From the sequence record PQ493298: a stretch of 64,000 bases of DNA; one strand, given 5' to 3'. This document shows positions 9,677 to 19,445 of the stretch, piece by piece. Origin of the DNA: Escherichia phage EPIMAM01. Every line of letters starts with the position of its first letter. Positions within the stretch are counted from its first letter, which is position 1. The translations under genes and the position numbers were made by a program. The notes under the pieces were generated by a model that was not told the origin of the DNA, made no database searches, and saw only the letters and a list, made by a program, of their open reading frames with translations.

Positions 9677-10146
9677 TTTAAACTCTTTCTAAGCTGCTTC
9701 TTAAATGAAGCTATTAATTGGGTTTTAGTGTCAGATTCATTATATTCAAATCCTCTTTGAAGCATCTCAGCCATCATTTCCTCTTTTCCTAAACGAGAAA
9801 ATTCCTTTGATTTATCTCCAACGAAGTTAGGGTGAATATTATTTTGGGTGTAATCGGATTTTAAATAAGTAAGTAAATTTTCTAACCATTCAAGATAATC
9901 AACGCCTTGTCCCTTTAAGCCAGAACGATTAAATTTATGTTTCATTTGACCTTCCGCTGCATTGCAAAGATTACAGAGCAATCCACGTACCTTTCCTGCT
10001 TTTGGTCCATTTAATTCATGGTCATGGTCAAGGTGATTAGCTTGAACATCAGGATTTAGTTCTCGTTGGCAAATTAAGCATTTACCGTTTTGTGCATTAT
10101 AAAATTTTTGTTTTTCTTCTTTATATAATTTGCCAGTCAATAACAT
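9673..10146 (-). CDS. 49: Endonuclease VII (Holliday junction resolvase) gp49
   Basis: 157 aa; MLLTGKLYKEEKQKFY...HLDHDHELNG zinc/HNH-like core as recalled for T4 endo VII. Confidence 0.9.
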   Translation of the reverse strand: MLLTGKLYKEEKQKFYNAQNGKCLICQRELNPDVQANHLDHDHELNGPKAGKVRGLLCNLCNAAEGQMKHKFNRSGLKGQGVDYLEWLENLLTYLKSDYTQNNIHPNFVGDKSKEFSRLGKEEMMAEMLQRGFEYNESDTKTQLIASFKKQLRKSLK

Positions 10147-10187
10147 AATAAACCCTTACCTTAAATAGATAAGGGTATTTATTATTT

Positions 10188-10364
10188 TCAAGTATTGTAA
10201 AACATTCGATGCAATCGTTTATATTGCCGAATCATCTTTTTAGTAGGACGAGAATAAGTTCCTACACAAGTGGTCATATTAGGGTCTGTAGAATTTCCTT
10301 TAATAAAAAGTTTCCAAACCTTACCACCATTTAACTTTTCAGTATAAATCAATTCAGTTTTCAT
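10188..10364 (-). CDS. Small hypothetical protein (58 aa), not in ORF track
   Basis: ATG at 10364 overlaps stop of upstream ORF by 1 nt (TAATG); open frame to TGA at 10188. Confidence 0.35.
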   Translation of the reverse strand: MKTELIYTEKLNGGKVWKLFIKGNSTDPNMTTCVGTYSRPTKKMIRQYKRLHRMFYNT

Positions 10365-10828
10365 TAAAACGCTCGGTCAGAAAAAGAAATTTGAGTTTCA
10401 AGCCATTCAATATATTCTGCTGCAGCTTGCATTAAATTTCCTTCATAACCATCATTATTTTCTTGTGCAGCTAATTTAGCTAATGCATATGAAATACGTT
10501 CACCTTGAAAAGCGGCTTTAGGTTTATGAAGAGCTTGATCAACTCGTTCTACAACTTCTTCAATTTCGCCATTTTCCGCTGATTCAGTATTCCACAAGCA
10601 CCAATACGTAATTGGCTTATCATAGATGTTAATAATCTTTCCATCAGAAAGTTCAATTTCAATAATTCCAGTATCAGGTTCTATATCATCTTCGCATTCT
10701 TTTGCAAGTTCACGAACTTTAAAGACAGTACCTGCACTAAGTTCCGGCCAGTAATTACACAGCCCTTTATCAGCACGATTAATTCTAAACCACTTATCTA
10801 CTGCAATCATGTCCCATCTCCATATCAA
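10364..10828 (-). CDS. Hypothetical acidic protein (49-nrdC interval; possible pin-region gene)
   Basis: 154-aa ORF on early strand. Confidence 0.55.
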   Translation of the reverse strand: MIWRWDMIAVDKWFRINRADKGLCNYWPELSAGTVFKVRELAKECEDDIEPDTGIIEIELSDGKIINIYDKPITYWCLWNTESAENGEIEEVVERVDQALHKPKAAFQGERISYALAKLAAQENNDGYEGNLMQAAAEYIEWLETQISFSDRAF

Positions 10829-10850
10829 TTAAGTCGTTTATCGTCGGTTC

Positions 10851-10880
10851 ATTATATACTGTTTCTTCATCAGTGTAAAC
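10851..10880 (-). promoter_or_regulatory. T4-type early promoter (GTTTAC / TATAAT) on minus strand
   Basis: gtaaac 10875-10880, attata 10851-10856, 18-nt spacer. Confidence 0.5.
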
Positions 10881-10933
10881 CGGTTCTTCCGGCTCTGGCT
10901 CTACTGTTTCCCATCTAGCCGCCCACCAAGGTT

Positions 10934-11254
10934 TTATAGCGTAATCCATTCTCGTACTGTCTGAGTTACTACACGTTCACGGGGCTCGACTAGTTCAACA
11001 GTCGGAACTGCATAATACCAGTCAGAATGATAAGAACCTGAGCGAGATTCATTTACGGAAACATGTACATTGTGTTTTGGACTAAAATAAACACACTGAC
11101 GATATTGGCATTTACCATCTTGCACCCAGTCTTCTATTTCGATAGGTTTAAGATAATCCGAAAAATCGAAATCATAATTTTCTGAAAATGCATCATGGTC
11201 TTCGATGATTTCACTCAGAACTGCATCAACATCTAATTTATTTTCAATATTCAT
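10934..11254 (-). CDS. Hypothetical acidic protein
   Basis: 106-aa ORF. Confidence 0.5.
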   Translation of the reverse strand: MNIENKLDVDAVLSEIIEDHDAFSENYDFDFSDYLKPIEIEDWVQDGKCQYRQCVYFSPKHNVHVSVNESRSGSYHSDWYYAVPTVELVEPRERVVTQTVREWITL

Positions 11255-11264
11255 TTTTCACCAA

Positions 11265-11654
11265 TTAATTTCGCAATTTATTAAGTTCTTCATAATCAAT
11301 CCAGGATTCTAGTCCTGATGGCAAATCAGATTCAATTTCCCAAAGAAGTTCTTCAATTTTCTGAAGACGATCTAATTCTTCAGCAGGAATAGTAACCATT
11401 GACGGAGTTCTTGATACGCTAATATCGTAAATCATATTTACCCCCAGTTTGACCATACAATCGCCATATTTCCATTTAGAAATAGACTTTTCACCATTAG
11501 AATAATAAACTTCAAGTTTAGCACGATTATTTTTAATTTGAATAACCTTTGCTGTCATCAAAGTTCCATACCCATAATAAACTGCAACCTCATCACCTAC
11601 ATATACCGCGCTTCCGCGGTAGTCATGGATATAATCAGTTCCTTCGAGCATCAT
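11265..11654 (-). CDS. Hypothetical protein
   Basis: 129-aa ORF; ATGA-coupled to nrdC. Confidence 0.5.
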   Translation of the reverse strand: MMLEGTDYIHDYRGSAVYVGDEVAVYYGYGTLMTAKVIQIKNNRAKLEVYYSNGEKSISKWKYGDCMVKLGVNMIYDISVSRTPSMVTIPAEELDRLQKIEELLWEIESDLPSGLESWIDYEELNKLRN

Positions 11655-11914
11655 TTAAAGTATTCCCGCAATTGGTCAAATCCACCAATATGACTTCCAT
11701 CAGGAGCAAATACTTGCGGCATTGTCAAACCAATTTGAGTATCACGACCTAGTTTCGTCAGAAGCTCAGCGATTTTCTCATCATCAAAAACACCTTTTTC
11801 CGGCATAATATTGATAAATTCAAACGGTTGTTTCTTAACAGTCAAAAGACGTTTTGCATTATCACAATACACGCATTTATGGATACTGCTATCATAACCA
11901 TATACTTTAAACAT
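11651..11914 (-). CDS. nrdC: Phage thioredoxin/glutaredoxin NrdC
   Basis: 87 aa; MFKVYGYDS..HKCVYCDNAKRLL CxxC motif, as recalled for T4 thioredoxin. Confidence 0.85.
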   Translation of the reverse strand: MFKVYGYDSSIHKCVYCDNAKRLLTVKKQPFEFINIMPEKGVFDDEKIAELLTKLGRDTQIGLTMPQVFAPDGSHIGGFDQLREYFK

Positions 11915-11915
11915 A

Positions 11916-12173
11916 TTATTCCTTAATTCCTAGTACTTGTTTAAAAGTCTCGTCGTAATCAAGACTTTGGCCCGTTTGTTCTTTATGTTTGTATATAATA
12001 TCACTTACTTCTGATAGCATATTTTTATATGAACGAGTTAAAGCAGATTTAAGCACGCTGTATCTATCAGGAAATTTACCATGTTCATTATAATACGCTA
12101 TTGCTAATTCACGGACTGCCTTTTCAGCAGTCTCCATATATTCTTTACGCTTTGTCATTTTCTTCTCGGTCAA
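11916..12173 (-). CDS. Hypothetical protein
   Basis: 85-aa ORF. Confidence 0.5.
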
Positions 12174-12462
12174 ATCGGTGTTTACAATGACGACATTTAT
12201 AACGAAGATTACTAGTCTGCCAATGAACTAATTGTACCTGTTCAGTACCGCATTCAGGACAATTAGGAACGTTTTTAGAACCCCTTTCGCGACGTTCAAC
12301 CATAGCCATAATGGCATCCCAAGCTGGAGGTTTAAAATCTAAATCATCGCAACCATGAATCTTTCCACGCATTTCCAGATCGTCTTCTTCACCAGCCATA
12401 ATAATTTTAATTAGACTGGAATTACTTGAAGCTGCAATATCTTCTAATAAGCGCTTTTTCAT
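12145..12462 (-). CDS. Hypothetical protein with C-terminal zinc ribbon
   Basis: CPECG...CRHCKH four-cysteine motif. Confidence 0.5.
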
Positions 12463-13385
12463 TTCAATACCTCAATAGCATTACGTAAACCATCTGCTTT
12501 GGCGGTTAAAGCCTTAAGAACTTTAGTATGCTCTTCAATCTGTTTTTCAACTTCAATCAAACGAGCACTGAGATATTCACGTTCTTCTTTCATAGTATCA
12601 TTCCCATGATTGTGCTTTGGTGTAGGTTTAAATTCGCTGGGGTCCTTTAACTTAATAACAAATTTAGTTTCAAACAGTGAAAGACCATAATTCGTATTAT
12701 CATCAAAGGATTTAACTACATCCATATTAGATAATAACTCACGCAAATTATAAGCCAAAGAACTAATAGTTTCATTGTGTTTATTAGCTTCGCGCGGTTT
12801 CATATACGAAAGATTTTTATATATCTCGTGCGGAGCACAAATGATAATTGATAATTCAAATTGTCCATTCTGGGATGATGGAGTGAATTTAGCAGTAACC
12901 CAGTCTTTTACATTCACATTAATAGTACGATTATCACCATGACAAAACAGTCTACGAGAATGCTTAAAAAGCATATTAACGTTCTCATTAAATTCACCTG
13001 AAAACTCACTAGCGAATTTTTCTTTACTATTTTTAGAAAACCATTCTTCTAAATAAGTTCTTTTCACGTCATTAATAATATTAAATGTAACAACATTAGC
13101 ATTTGATACATTAGTCTCAATGTAGCTTGGATACATAAATTTTTTAACATTATTAACAGCTATTACAGAAGATAGTAATCGGGAACGTTTGAACCACTCT
13201 AGCAAAGAACCAAGAGAATGTGAATATGCATTTTGTGTATCTTTACAAATATGGTTTTCCCATCCAATATAGTCTAAAAAATCACGAAGAATATTATTGA
13301 TTACTGCTCTGTGTCCGATCTGATAATTACGGTGTTTAGTAATAAGACTGTCAAAATAATCAATATAATGTTTACGAGTTTTCAT
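12459..13385 (-). CDS. Paralog A of a 4-member family: ~270-aa N-domain plus C-terminal coiled coil
   Basis: 308 aa; C-terminal heptad-like segment; shares SRLLS and NMDVV-like motifs with neighbours. Confidence 0.6.
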   Translation of the reverse strand: MKTRKHYIDYFDSLITKHRNYQIGHRAVINNILRDFLDYIGWENHICKDTQNAYSHSLGSLLEWFKRSRLLSSVIAVNNVKKFMYPSYIETNVSNANVVTFNIINDVKRTYLEEWFSKNSKEKFASEFSGEFNENVNMLFKHSRRLFCHGDNRTINVNVKDWVTAKFTPSSQNGQFELSIIICAPHEIYKNLSYMKPREANKHNETISSLAYNLRELLSNMDVVKSFDDNTNYGLSLFETKFVIKLKDPSEFKPTPKHNHGNDTMKEEREYLSARLIEVEKQIEEHTKVLKALTAKADGLRNAIEVLK

Positions 13386-13437
13386 GTTCTTCTCACTTGG
13401 TTAATGATTTATGCTCCGAGCCATCCTTGGCTTTAAA

Positions 13438-14439
13438 TTACTTAATTAATTGTAAAGCTTGTTCAAGACGATTCAGGCGATTAACAGATTCTTCCCAAAT
13501 CCTTTTAGCCTGCTCATAATCTTTCTGCGCTTTATTAGAAATTTCTAGAACTTCTTTATAAGCTTTTTCTAGTGCAATAACTTCTGGACGAATTTCTACC
13601 GGTTCAGGTGAATCGTCAAGACATTCCATTAGTTCCTCAAGGGTAGTTTCTTCTTTAGGAGTATTCACAATTTCTTCACATTTTTGTTGATAAATTTCTT
13701 TATCAGTCGGTGAGTACGCACACTTTACTTCACGGAGACTAACTACAATTTTATATCCTTCCCAACCGCATATATTCTTAAAAGGATAAGTATGAATATT
13801 TTCTACTGTTTCCATACAAAGTAATGCGGTCTCTAACTGACGAGTTATATCGCTAGCAATTGAGAAAAATTTATTAATGTTCTTTTGATTAGCTTCTGGT
13901 GTAAAAAATTCATAATTCACAAAAATAGCTGCTTTATTTTTATCAAGTTCATATTCTTTTATGATAATCATATCAGAAGCCCAAGGATGAATTTGACGAT
14001 AATCGCCATAGCATAATTTAGAAGCTGATTTTAGAATTTGCTTTTTGAAAAGTCTGAAATTACTAATCCAACGACGAGTAAAAATATTCTCAGGGTCTTC
14101 TTTATTATTAAGATGATATGAATTAACATCACCGAACCAATTATATCCTACTACATCTTTAGTTCGTTTAATTTCTTTCCCAAATTTACCGAGAATATCT
14201 TGGTTAACTAAATATGAAAGAAGACGAGAACCTTTGAAGGTTTCCTTAATATCATCTTTATATTCGCGACTAGAAATTTTATGAACTTCATGAATAAATT
14301 TGTTGGAAGAGACAATACTTGCATCAGTATTATTGAGCCATTGATTGATAATGGAAATAACACTATTCTGACTAGACACAGGTTTAACTTTATCATCAAT
14401 AACGCTATTGAATGATTTGATATATTCGTTACGAGTCAT
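13438..14439 (-). CDS. Paralog B of coiled-coil-tailed family
   Basis: 333 aa from ATG 14439 with GAGGAG Shine-Dalgarno; track N-terminal extension rejected. Confidence 0.6.
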   Translation of the reverse strand: MTRNEYIKSFNSVIDDKVKPVSSQNSVISIINQWLNNTDASIVSSNKFIHEVHKISSREYKDDIKETFKGSRLLSYLVNQDILGKFGKEIKRTKDVVGYNWFGDVNSYHLNNKEDPENIFTRRWISNFRLFKKQILKSASKLCYGDYRQIHPWASDMIIIKEYELDKNKAAIFVNYEFFTPEANQKNINKFFSIASDITRQLETALLCMETVENIHTYPFKNICGWEGYKIVVSLREVKCAYSPTDKEIYQQKCEEIVNTPKEETTLEELMECLDDSPEPVEIRPEVIALEKAYKEVLEISNKAQKDYEQAKRIWEESVNRLNRLEQALQLIK

Positions 14440-14467
14440 ATTAATCTCCTCAGTAGAAAGTAAGAAT

Positions 14468-14497
14468 ATTATACCACATCCTTGTGGCAAAGTAAAC
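14468..14497 (-). promoter_or_regulatory. T4-type early promoter (GTTTAC / TATAAT)
   Basis: gtaaac 14492-14497, attata 14468-14473, 18-nt spacer. Confidence 0.5.
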
Positions 14498-15519
14498 TAG
14501 TTTAGTGCATTTAGTGCATTGTTCAGTTTAGAACGTTGCTTCGTAAGATTTTTGACTTTTTCTTGAGCTTTTTCTAGCATCTTTTCAGCTTCTAACACTT
14601 CATTAGTTGCTTTAACGAGTTCATCATCTACTGCCTTGATAGACTTCTCAATCGCATCCGCATGCCATTTTTCAACAGGTTTAAGACTCGGATTTTCAAC
14701 AGGAAGAAAATTCACTTTATTGAATTTCCATGCATCTTTATTACTTGAACTATACATCCAAAATTTAGGATCGTTTGATGAGTAATTGGATAAATTTAAG
14801 TTATCTTGCACTTCCTGCTTTTTCTCTTGTGGGACTTCGTCCTTTCTCAAAAAATCGTATTTAAATGAAACGATCATATCAAGTTCATACGTTGTTGTAT
14901 GTTCCCAATTTCGCTCAAAATGAGGTAAAATCTTAGACTGAACAGCGGCAACAACATCCATATACTTAAATGCTTCTGTCAACTGTGATTTAAGGCATTC
15001 GCAAATTGAAAGAGAATTTTTTGTATTAGGTTTAAAGCTAATTCGCGCAGTTCTGTTATTTTCTTTTAATGGTCTTACTTCCATCTGAAGAGTATAACCA
15101 TCAAATTTCAGATTCTTTAAGTTAATATCAGAACCTTTTAATCGACTCGCAATTGATAAAATTTGTTTTAATTGTTTACGGAATAGAGCAATAAATCTCC
15201 ATTCAATACGATAATGATTTGGATTGAAAAATCCAGATGATAAATCGACCTTACTTTGGCCAACACCTTGAACAAATAGAGGATTTTTATAATCAATAGT
15301 TTTACAGAAATCAGTGAGCTGCTCACGAGCCGTCATTTGTGTAATATATCCTGCTTGGTTAAAATTGCGCACCCATTCACTGCTGTTCAGATGTTTAAAG
15401 GCATGAATGGAACAATTAACTTTACCAAGGTCTAAATTATTTTCACACAAAAACGTCATAGCATCACGAGTATAGCTGGCATTACGAACCATATCTTCAA
15501 TTTGAGAACGAGTTTTCAT
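14497..15519 (-). CDS. Paralog C of coiled-coil-tailed family
   Basis: 340 aa; C-terminal coiled coil (…KMLEKAQEKVKNLTKQRSKLNNALNALN). Confidence 0.6.
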   Translation of the reverse strand: MKTRSQIEDMVRNASYTRDAMTFLCENNLDLGKVNCSIHAFKHLNSSEWVRNFNQAGYITQMTAREQLTDFCKTIDYKNPLFVQGVGQSKVDLSSGFFNPNHYRIEWRFIALFRKQLKQILSIASRLKGSDINLKNLKFDGYTLQMEVRPLKENNRTARISFKPNTKNSLSICECLKSQLTEAFKYMDVVAAVQSKILPHFERNWEHTTTYELDMIVSFKYDFLRKDEVPQEKKQEVQDNLNLSNYSSNDPKFWMYSSSNKDAWKFNKVNFLPVENPSLKPVEKWHADAIEKSIKAVDDELVKATNEVLEAEKMLEKAQEKVKNLTKQRSKLNNALNALN

Positions 15520-15527
15520 GGTGTTCC

Positions 15528-16361
15528 TTAAGATTTAAGTAAATCGACAATTTTAATTAACTTTTCACGCTCAGATTTAGCTTTACTACTCAGTCCAGAT
15601 AGTCTGAAAATTTCATCATCATATTGTTGAATAGAAATATTCAGCTCTTCAATCTGTTTATTAAAATAATCAATTTGTTCAGAATGTTTTTCGTTACTAC
15701 GAACTGGTACAGGTTTCGTAGGCAATGTAGTTGAACTGGATTCATCCGGGCGATAAATTAAAATACAACTTGAACCAATAGGGCATTTTGCACCAGATGA
15801 ATATTCTAATGTTCCAGCTTCTTTTAAAACTTCAAAAGCTAAACAGAGATGATGCCCCATATTGACATAATCTGTAGAGCGAGCTCTGATATAATAATCA
15901 TCGCCACGAATACTAAATTTAAAGCATTTAAGGTCTTCTGTATTATTGGTCTTAAAAATCATTTGTTTATCTAGACCTTTAGCTAATCGAGCGCCTAATG
16001 CTAATAATCGTCTTTGATTTTCCCACAAATCCGCAATCATTTGATCGAATGATAATTTTGGCATTAGTCGACCATAAAGGTCATATCCTTTATTATAATT
16101 ACGAAGGATTTCACTCGCGTTAATACGAGACAATGCTCCAATTTTATTAAGGGCTTTCATAATGCGATTAGATAAACTCATTCCAGATCCGTTTGTTCGC
16201 TGCAAATGTTTTTCTAATCCAAATCCAATATCAACTTTAAACTTATCTAAAATTTCTGCATGAACATCTCTGTCAATAACATTCAAATCCAAAGCTGGGT
16301 TAAATCTATGAAAAAATTTATCTGGCTCTGCACTGCGAAATACAGTCCATTCATTCATCAT
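15528..16361 (-). CDS. Paralog D of coiled-coil-tailed family
   Basis: 277 aa; C-terminal coiled coil. Confidence 0.6.
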   Translation of the reverse strand: MMNEWTVFRSAEPDKFFHRFNPALDLNVIDRDVHAEILDKFKVDIGFGLEKHLQRTNGSGMSLSNRIMKALNKIGALSRINASEILRNYNKGYDLYGRLMPKLSFDQMIADLWENQRRLLALGARLAKGLDKQMIFKTNNTEDLKCFKFSIRGDDYYIRARSTDYVNMGHHLCLAFEVLKEAGTLEYSSGAKCPIGSSCILIYRPDESSSTTLPTKPVPVRSNEKHSEQIDYFNKQIEELNISIQQYDDEIFRLSGLSSKAKSEREKLIKIVDLLKS

Positions 16362-16426
16362 TTTTTTTATTAACTAAAGATTTAATTACTGCATTGACAT
16401 TATTAATTACTACTGACATATTTTCC

Positions 16427-16834
16427 TCACTCAATTTCAATTTTACTAAATATACAGAATAAGATGGAACAGACTATATAAGCACCGCACACAGATTGAA
16501 CTAATACCATTCCAAAGAACCAAACAATATTATCAAACAATGTCTGTTTTACGTCGAAAGGACGTAAACTTACAGTAATATTATCACCTTTTTCTATTGA
16601 AGAATACATCTCTGGGGAAATATATTCACTAAATCTATAACCGTCTTTTAGTTCATATACGGCAATAAACGATAAACTAGACCCTTTTCCTTGTGTTCCT
16701 GTAATGGTATTAACTACAGTAACATCATAATCTTTATAATGCATATAATCATTAATTGCGTAATAACCATATGCAATTACTACACATAAACAACATATCA
16801 ATAAATTCAATCTTTTAATTATCAACTGTTTCAT
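16427..16834 (-). CDS. Membrane protein (N- and C-terminal hydrophobic helices)
   Basis: 135 aa; hydrophobic segments at both ends. Confidence 0.55.
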   Translation of the reverse strand: MKQLIIKRLNLLICCLCVVIAYGYYAINDYMHYKDYDVTVVNTITGTQGKGSSLSFIAVYELKDGYRFSEYISPEMYSSIEKGDNITVSLRPFDVKQTLFDNIVWFFGMVLVQSVCGAYIVCSILFCIFSKIEIE

Positions 16835-16889
16835 AATAATCTCAATTAAAAGGGCTTAGAACCATTATACCATCCTTGGTATAAAGCGG

Positions 16890-17417
16890 TTATGCGAGTA
16901 CCGTCTTTAACCGTTCTTCAAACTTCCGAAGAGTATTTTGGCGTTCAGCTCTTTGCTTTTTGTAAGTTTCAATACGCTCTGAAATGAGAGTGTATCGTTC
17001 ATTTACTGATTCTTTCATAAAATCAGGAATTTCACGAGAAGCTTTAATCTCGTCAAATTTATCAATAACAGCTTGCTCTTCAGCAATTAAGTTATCATAC
17101 ATTAAAATATCTTTCTTGATGAACTCAATATCTTCTTGAGTTACACGAGATAATTTAGATGCTTTATCCTTTTTGTACTGTTTGTTAGTATCACGAGACC
17201 AGTGTAATGTACGATTTTTATTCGTATTTTTGTAAATTTCTACAATACCGATCTCATCAATAATAACGATCCAATTCCAACGGGATTTGTAAATTTGTCC
17301 TCCATCAACAGTGATTTCACCTCCGATTGAGATGTCATTAAAGAACTTGCTTTGTGCCTCAGATTTAAATTTACCATCGTTGTAATTTACCAAGTTGAAA
17401 ATATCTTTAGCGTTCAT
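16890..17417 (-). CDS. Hypothetical protein
   Basis: 175-aa ORF; charged C-terminal helix. Confidence 0.55.
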   Translation of the reverse strand: MNAKDIFNLVNYNDGKFKSEAQSKFFNDISIGGEITVDGGQIYKSRWNWIVIIDEIGIVEIYKNTNKNRTLHWSRDTNKQYKKDKASKLSRVTQEDIEFIKKDILMYDNLIAEEQAVIDKFDEIKASREIPDFMKESVNERYTLISERIETYKKQRAERQNTLRKFEERLKTVLA

Positions 17418-17445
17418 TTTGTGTTCCTCCGTAGTTGATAGTTGT

Positions 17446-17475
17446 ATAGTACCACAGAGGAACAGTCTTGTAAAC
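17446..17475 (-). promoter_or_regulatory. T4-type early promoter (GTTTAC / TACTAT)
   Basis: gtaaac 17470-17475, atagta 17446-17451; conserved TATACAACTATCAAC start region. Confidence 0.5.
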
Positions 17476-17477
17476 CA

Positions 17478-17792
17478 CTAAAAGAAACTTCTTTCACAAT
17501 TTTTTCCACTGAACCATGCACTTACCGCTTTCTTGGTCTCAGGAGCAGTGTTATCCATAAACCATTCAAAGGCAGCCTTTTTATGATTCTGGAGGGCTTC
17601 TCGGGCTTTAATCTGCTCACGGTCTATTAACACTAACATATGAGCCTTTCTTGTCACCATGGGCTTCTTATGATTTTTTGAATACTCCCAGTCATTTGTC
17701 CATCGCATTGTCGTTGCGAACTGAAATACTGCTTCTTTAATTTTAGTTTCGTAAATTTCACGAGCCTTTGAGTATAACATCACTACCTCCAT
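17478..17792 (-). CDS. Hypothetical protein
   Basis: 104-aa ORF. Confidence 0.5.
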   Translation of the reverse strand: MEVVMLYSKAREIYETKIKEAVFQFATTMRWTNDWEYSKNHKKPMVTRKAHMLVLIDREQIKAREALQNHKKAAFEWFMDNTAPETKKAVSAWFSGKNCERSFF

Positions 17793-17881
17793 TCACCAGT
17801 TTAATTCTAGTCATCTTTTTAATGGCAGTCCATATAATCTATTTCTGAACTGCCTTTTTGTCATAGAAGTCCTCTTATGAA

Positions 17882-18868
17882 TTATTTCAGAAGAGTAACC
17901 TCAGCAATTTCTTCCCAACCGTTTTTGTCGGTCATAATAAAGTCAGCAAGATAAAGAGCAGTACGCAGTGAAACATTGCGTAAACGATTAACATTAACTT
18001 TCATCCATGATAATGCTTTATAAGTTTCTTCATCAGAAAGACCGCGCTTTTGCATCATGTCAGTTGAAAGAATAACATCTTCAACCCTGACCATAATTTC
18101 TTCATTAGTGTGAACACCCAAATCTAAATAAACCGAGCGGGACACTAATGCTTGTAAATGTGGAGCAAGTTTAGTACCACGGTCTAATTCGCGGTCAATG
18201 TCAACGTTTGTGATAAAAACAATCGTTCCTTTAAATTCAAACTCACGCTCAATGCCTTTTTCTTCTAAGTAAGAAGACGCAGTGCTCCAGCAGACTTTAC
18301 GGGTCTCTCCAGTGTCCAGAGCGGCTTTTAGAAGATTAAGAATGTCCATATCAGAGAAAACATCCACATCATCAATTAAAAGGACAGAATTCTCTTCACG
18401 ATTATTCCAGAGCTGCTCATAAAGACCAATACCAGAGATTTTACCGTTAATGCTTTTATATTCAATGTATCCAATATCATTTGCTTTATTTAAAGCTTTA
18501 TCTAAAGAATACGTTTTACCAATACCTGCCGCACCAGAGATAATCAATGAACGAATATTTCCGTTAATAATACCATTCGTCATCATTCCCATAACATTAA
18601 ATCTTTTATTAATGCGGGTTTTCATATCTTCATATGATTCTTTAACTTCTTCAACTTTTACACCATCATATGAAATGTCTGATTTGTAAACCCAAACACC
18701 GCGACGTTTACCATCAATTTCAACAAAAACTTTACCATCTCCTTGTGCATCTACCGGAGCATTATCTGGGAACCATTCGCCTAAGAGCTCAAAAGTTCCA
18801 GAGATTTCTTTACCGAAGTAGATACCCTTATTGATAGTTACAGTTTTCATTTTATTCTCCAATTTCAC
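17882..18868 (-). CDS. P-loop ATPase (AAA-like)
   Basis: 328 aa; Walker A GAAGIGKTYS and Walker B VLLIDDVD. Confidence 0.65.
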   Translation of the reverse strand: MKLENKMKTVTINKGIYFGKEISGTFELLGEWFPDNAPVDAQGDGKVFVEIDGKRRGVWVYKSDISYDGVKVEEVKESYEDMKTRINKRFNVMGMMTNGIINGNIRSLIISGAAGIGKTYSLDKALNKANDIGYIEYKSINGKISGIGLYEQLWNNREENSVLLIDDVDVFSDMDILNLLKAALDTGETRKVCWSTASSYLEEKGIEREFEFKGTIVFITNVDIDRELDRGTKLAPHLQALVSRSVYLDLGVHTNEEIMVRVEDVILSTDMMQKRGLSDEETYKALSWMKVNVNRLRNVSLRTALYLADFIMTDKNGWEEIAEVTLLK

Positions 18869-18886
18869 ATTTGTTTTGATAGGGTA

Positions 18887-18917
18887 ATAGTATCACACTA
18901 CTACCCTTGCTGTAAAC
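18887..18917 (-). promoter_or_regulatory. Early promoter with -10 inside inverted repeat (agggta / taccct)
   Basis: gtaaac 18912-18917, atagta 18887-18892; flanking inverted repeat. Confidence 0.5.
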
Positions 18918-18920
18918 AAC

Positions 18921-19184
18921 TTATTTTAATGTTTGCCAAATTTTTACTGCTTCGCGACGAGATACTTCTACAGCTCCAAGTTCTACAGCTTTTTGGCGTC
19001 GCCGAGCGTGTAAGTCATAATGTTTAATGCGTTTATCTTGAAACCAAGAACGTTTCATTCCTATTGCTTCTGCCATTTCATGAAGCTCTTCAATATCTCC
19101 ATCAGTGAACATATGACAATTTTTAGTTGGATGACCGCGAAGTTTCCATCCATGATTCATTAAAACATCTACGTAAACTGTCAT
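18921..19184 (-). CDS. Small basic hypothetical protein (W/H/C-rich; reminiscent of DUF4031-type proteins, unverified)
   Basis: 87-aa ORF; ATGA-coupled to upstream small ORF. Confidence 0.5.
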   Translation of the reverse strand: MTVYVDVLMNHGWKLRGHPTKNCHMFTDGDIEELHEMAEAIGMKRSWFQDKRIKHYDLHARRRQKAVELGAVEVSRREAVKIWQTLK

Positions 19185-19330
19185 TGATTCTGCTCCAAAT
19201 ATGTTTCTATAATTTTCTGAGCGAGATAAACTGCGTTATCTTCAGTTGCATCTTCTAAGAAATTTTCAAAATAAGCTGAAATTTCTTCTGTGTCAATCAA
19301 CTTTTTTACTTCAATTAACGTAGTTTTCAT
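19181..19330 (-). CDS. Small acidic protein (49 aa from ATG 19330)
   Basis: Longer track ORF would read through terminator hairpin and promoter; internal ATG chosen. Confidence 0.4.
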   Translation of the reverse strand: MKTTLIEVKKLIDTEEISAYFENFLEDATEDNAVYLAQKIIETYLEQNQ

Positions 19331-19364
19331 TTTATTCCCCAAATCCGTATCAGTTGATAGTTGT

Positions 19365-19394
19365 ATAGTACCATAAAGCTTTATGCTTGTAAAC
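19365..19394 (-). promoter_or_regulatory. T4-type early promoter (GTTTAC / TACTAT)
   Basis: gtaaac 19389-19394, atagta 19365-19370. Confidence 0.5.
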
Positions 19395-19424
19395 CGTTTT
19401 GTGAAAAAATTTTGAAATAAAAAA

Positions 19425-19444
19425 AGGGAGCCCGAAGGCTCCCT
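19425..19444 (-). terminator. Stem-loop with UUCG tetraloop (minus strand)
   Basis: gggagcc-cgaa-ggctccc directly after stop of ORF 19446-20459. Confidence 0.55.
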
Positions 19445-19445
19445 A

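Noticed and set aside
13438-14490. Longer N-terminal version (MPQGCGIIF...) of paralog B
   Set aside because: The internal ATG at 14439 has a GAGGAG Shine-Dalgarno that the longer version would translate through, and the longer start overlaps the promoter -10.
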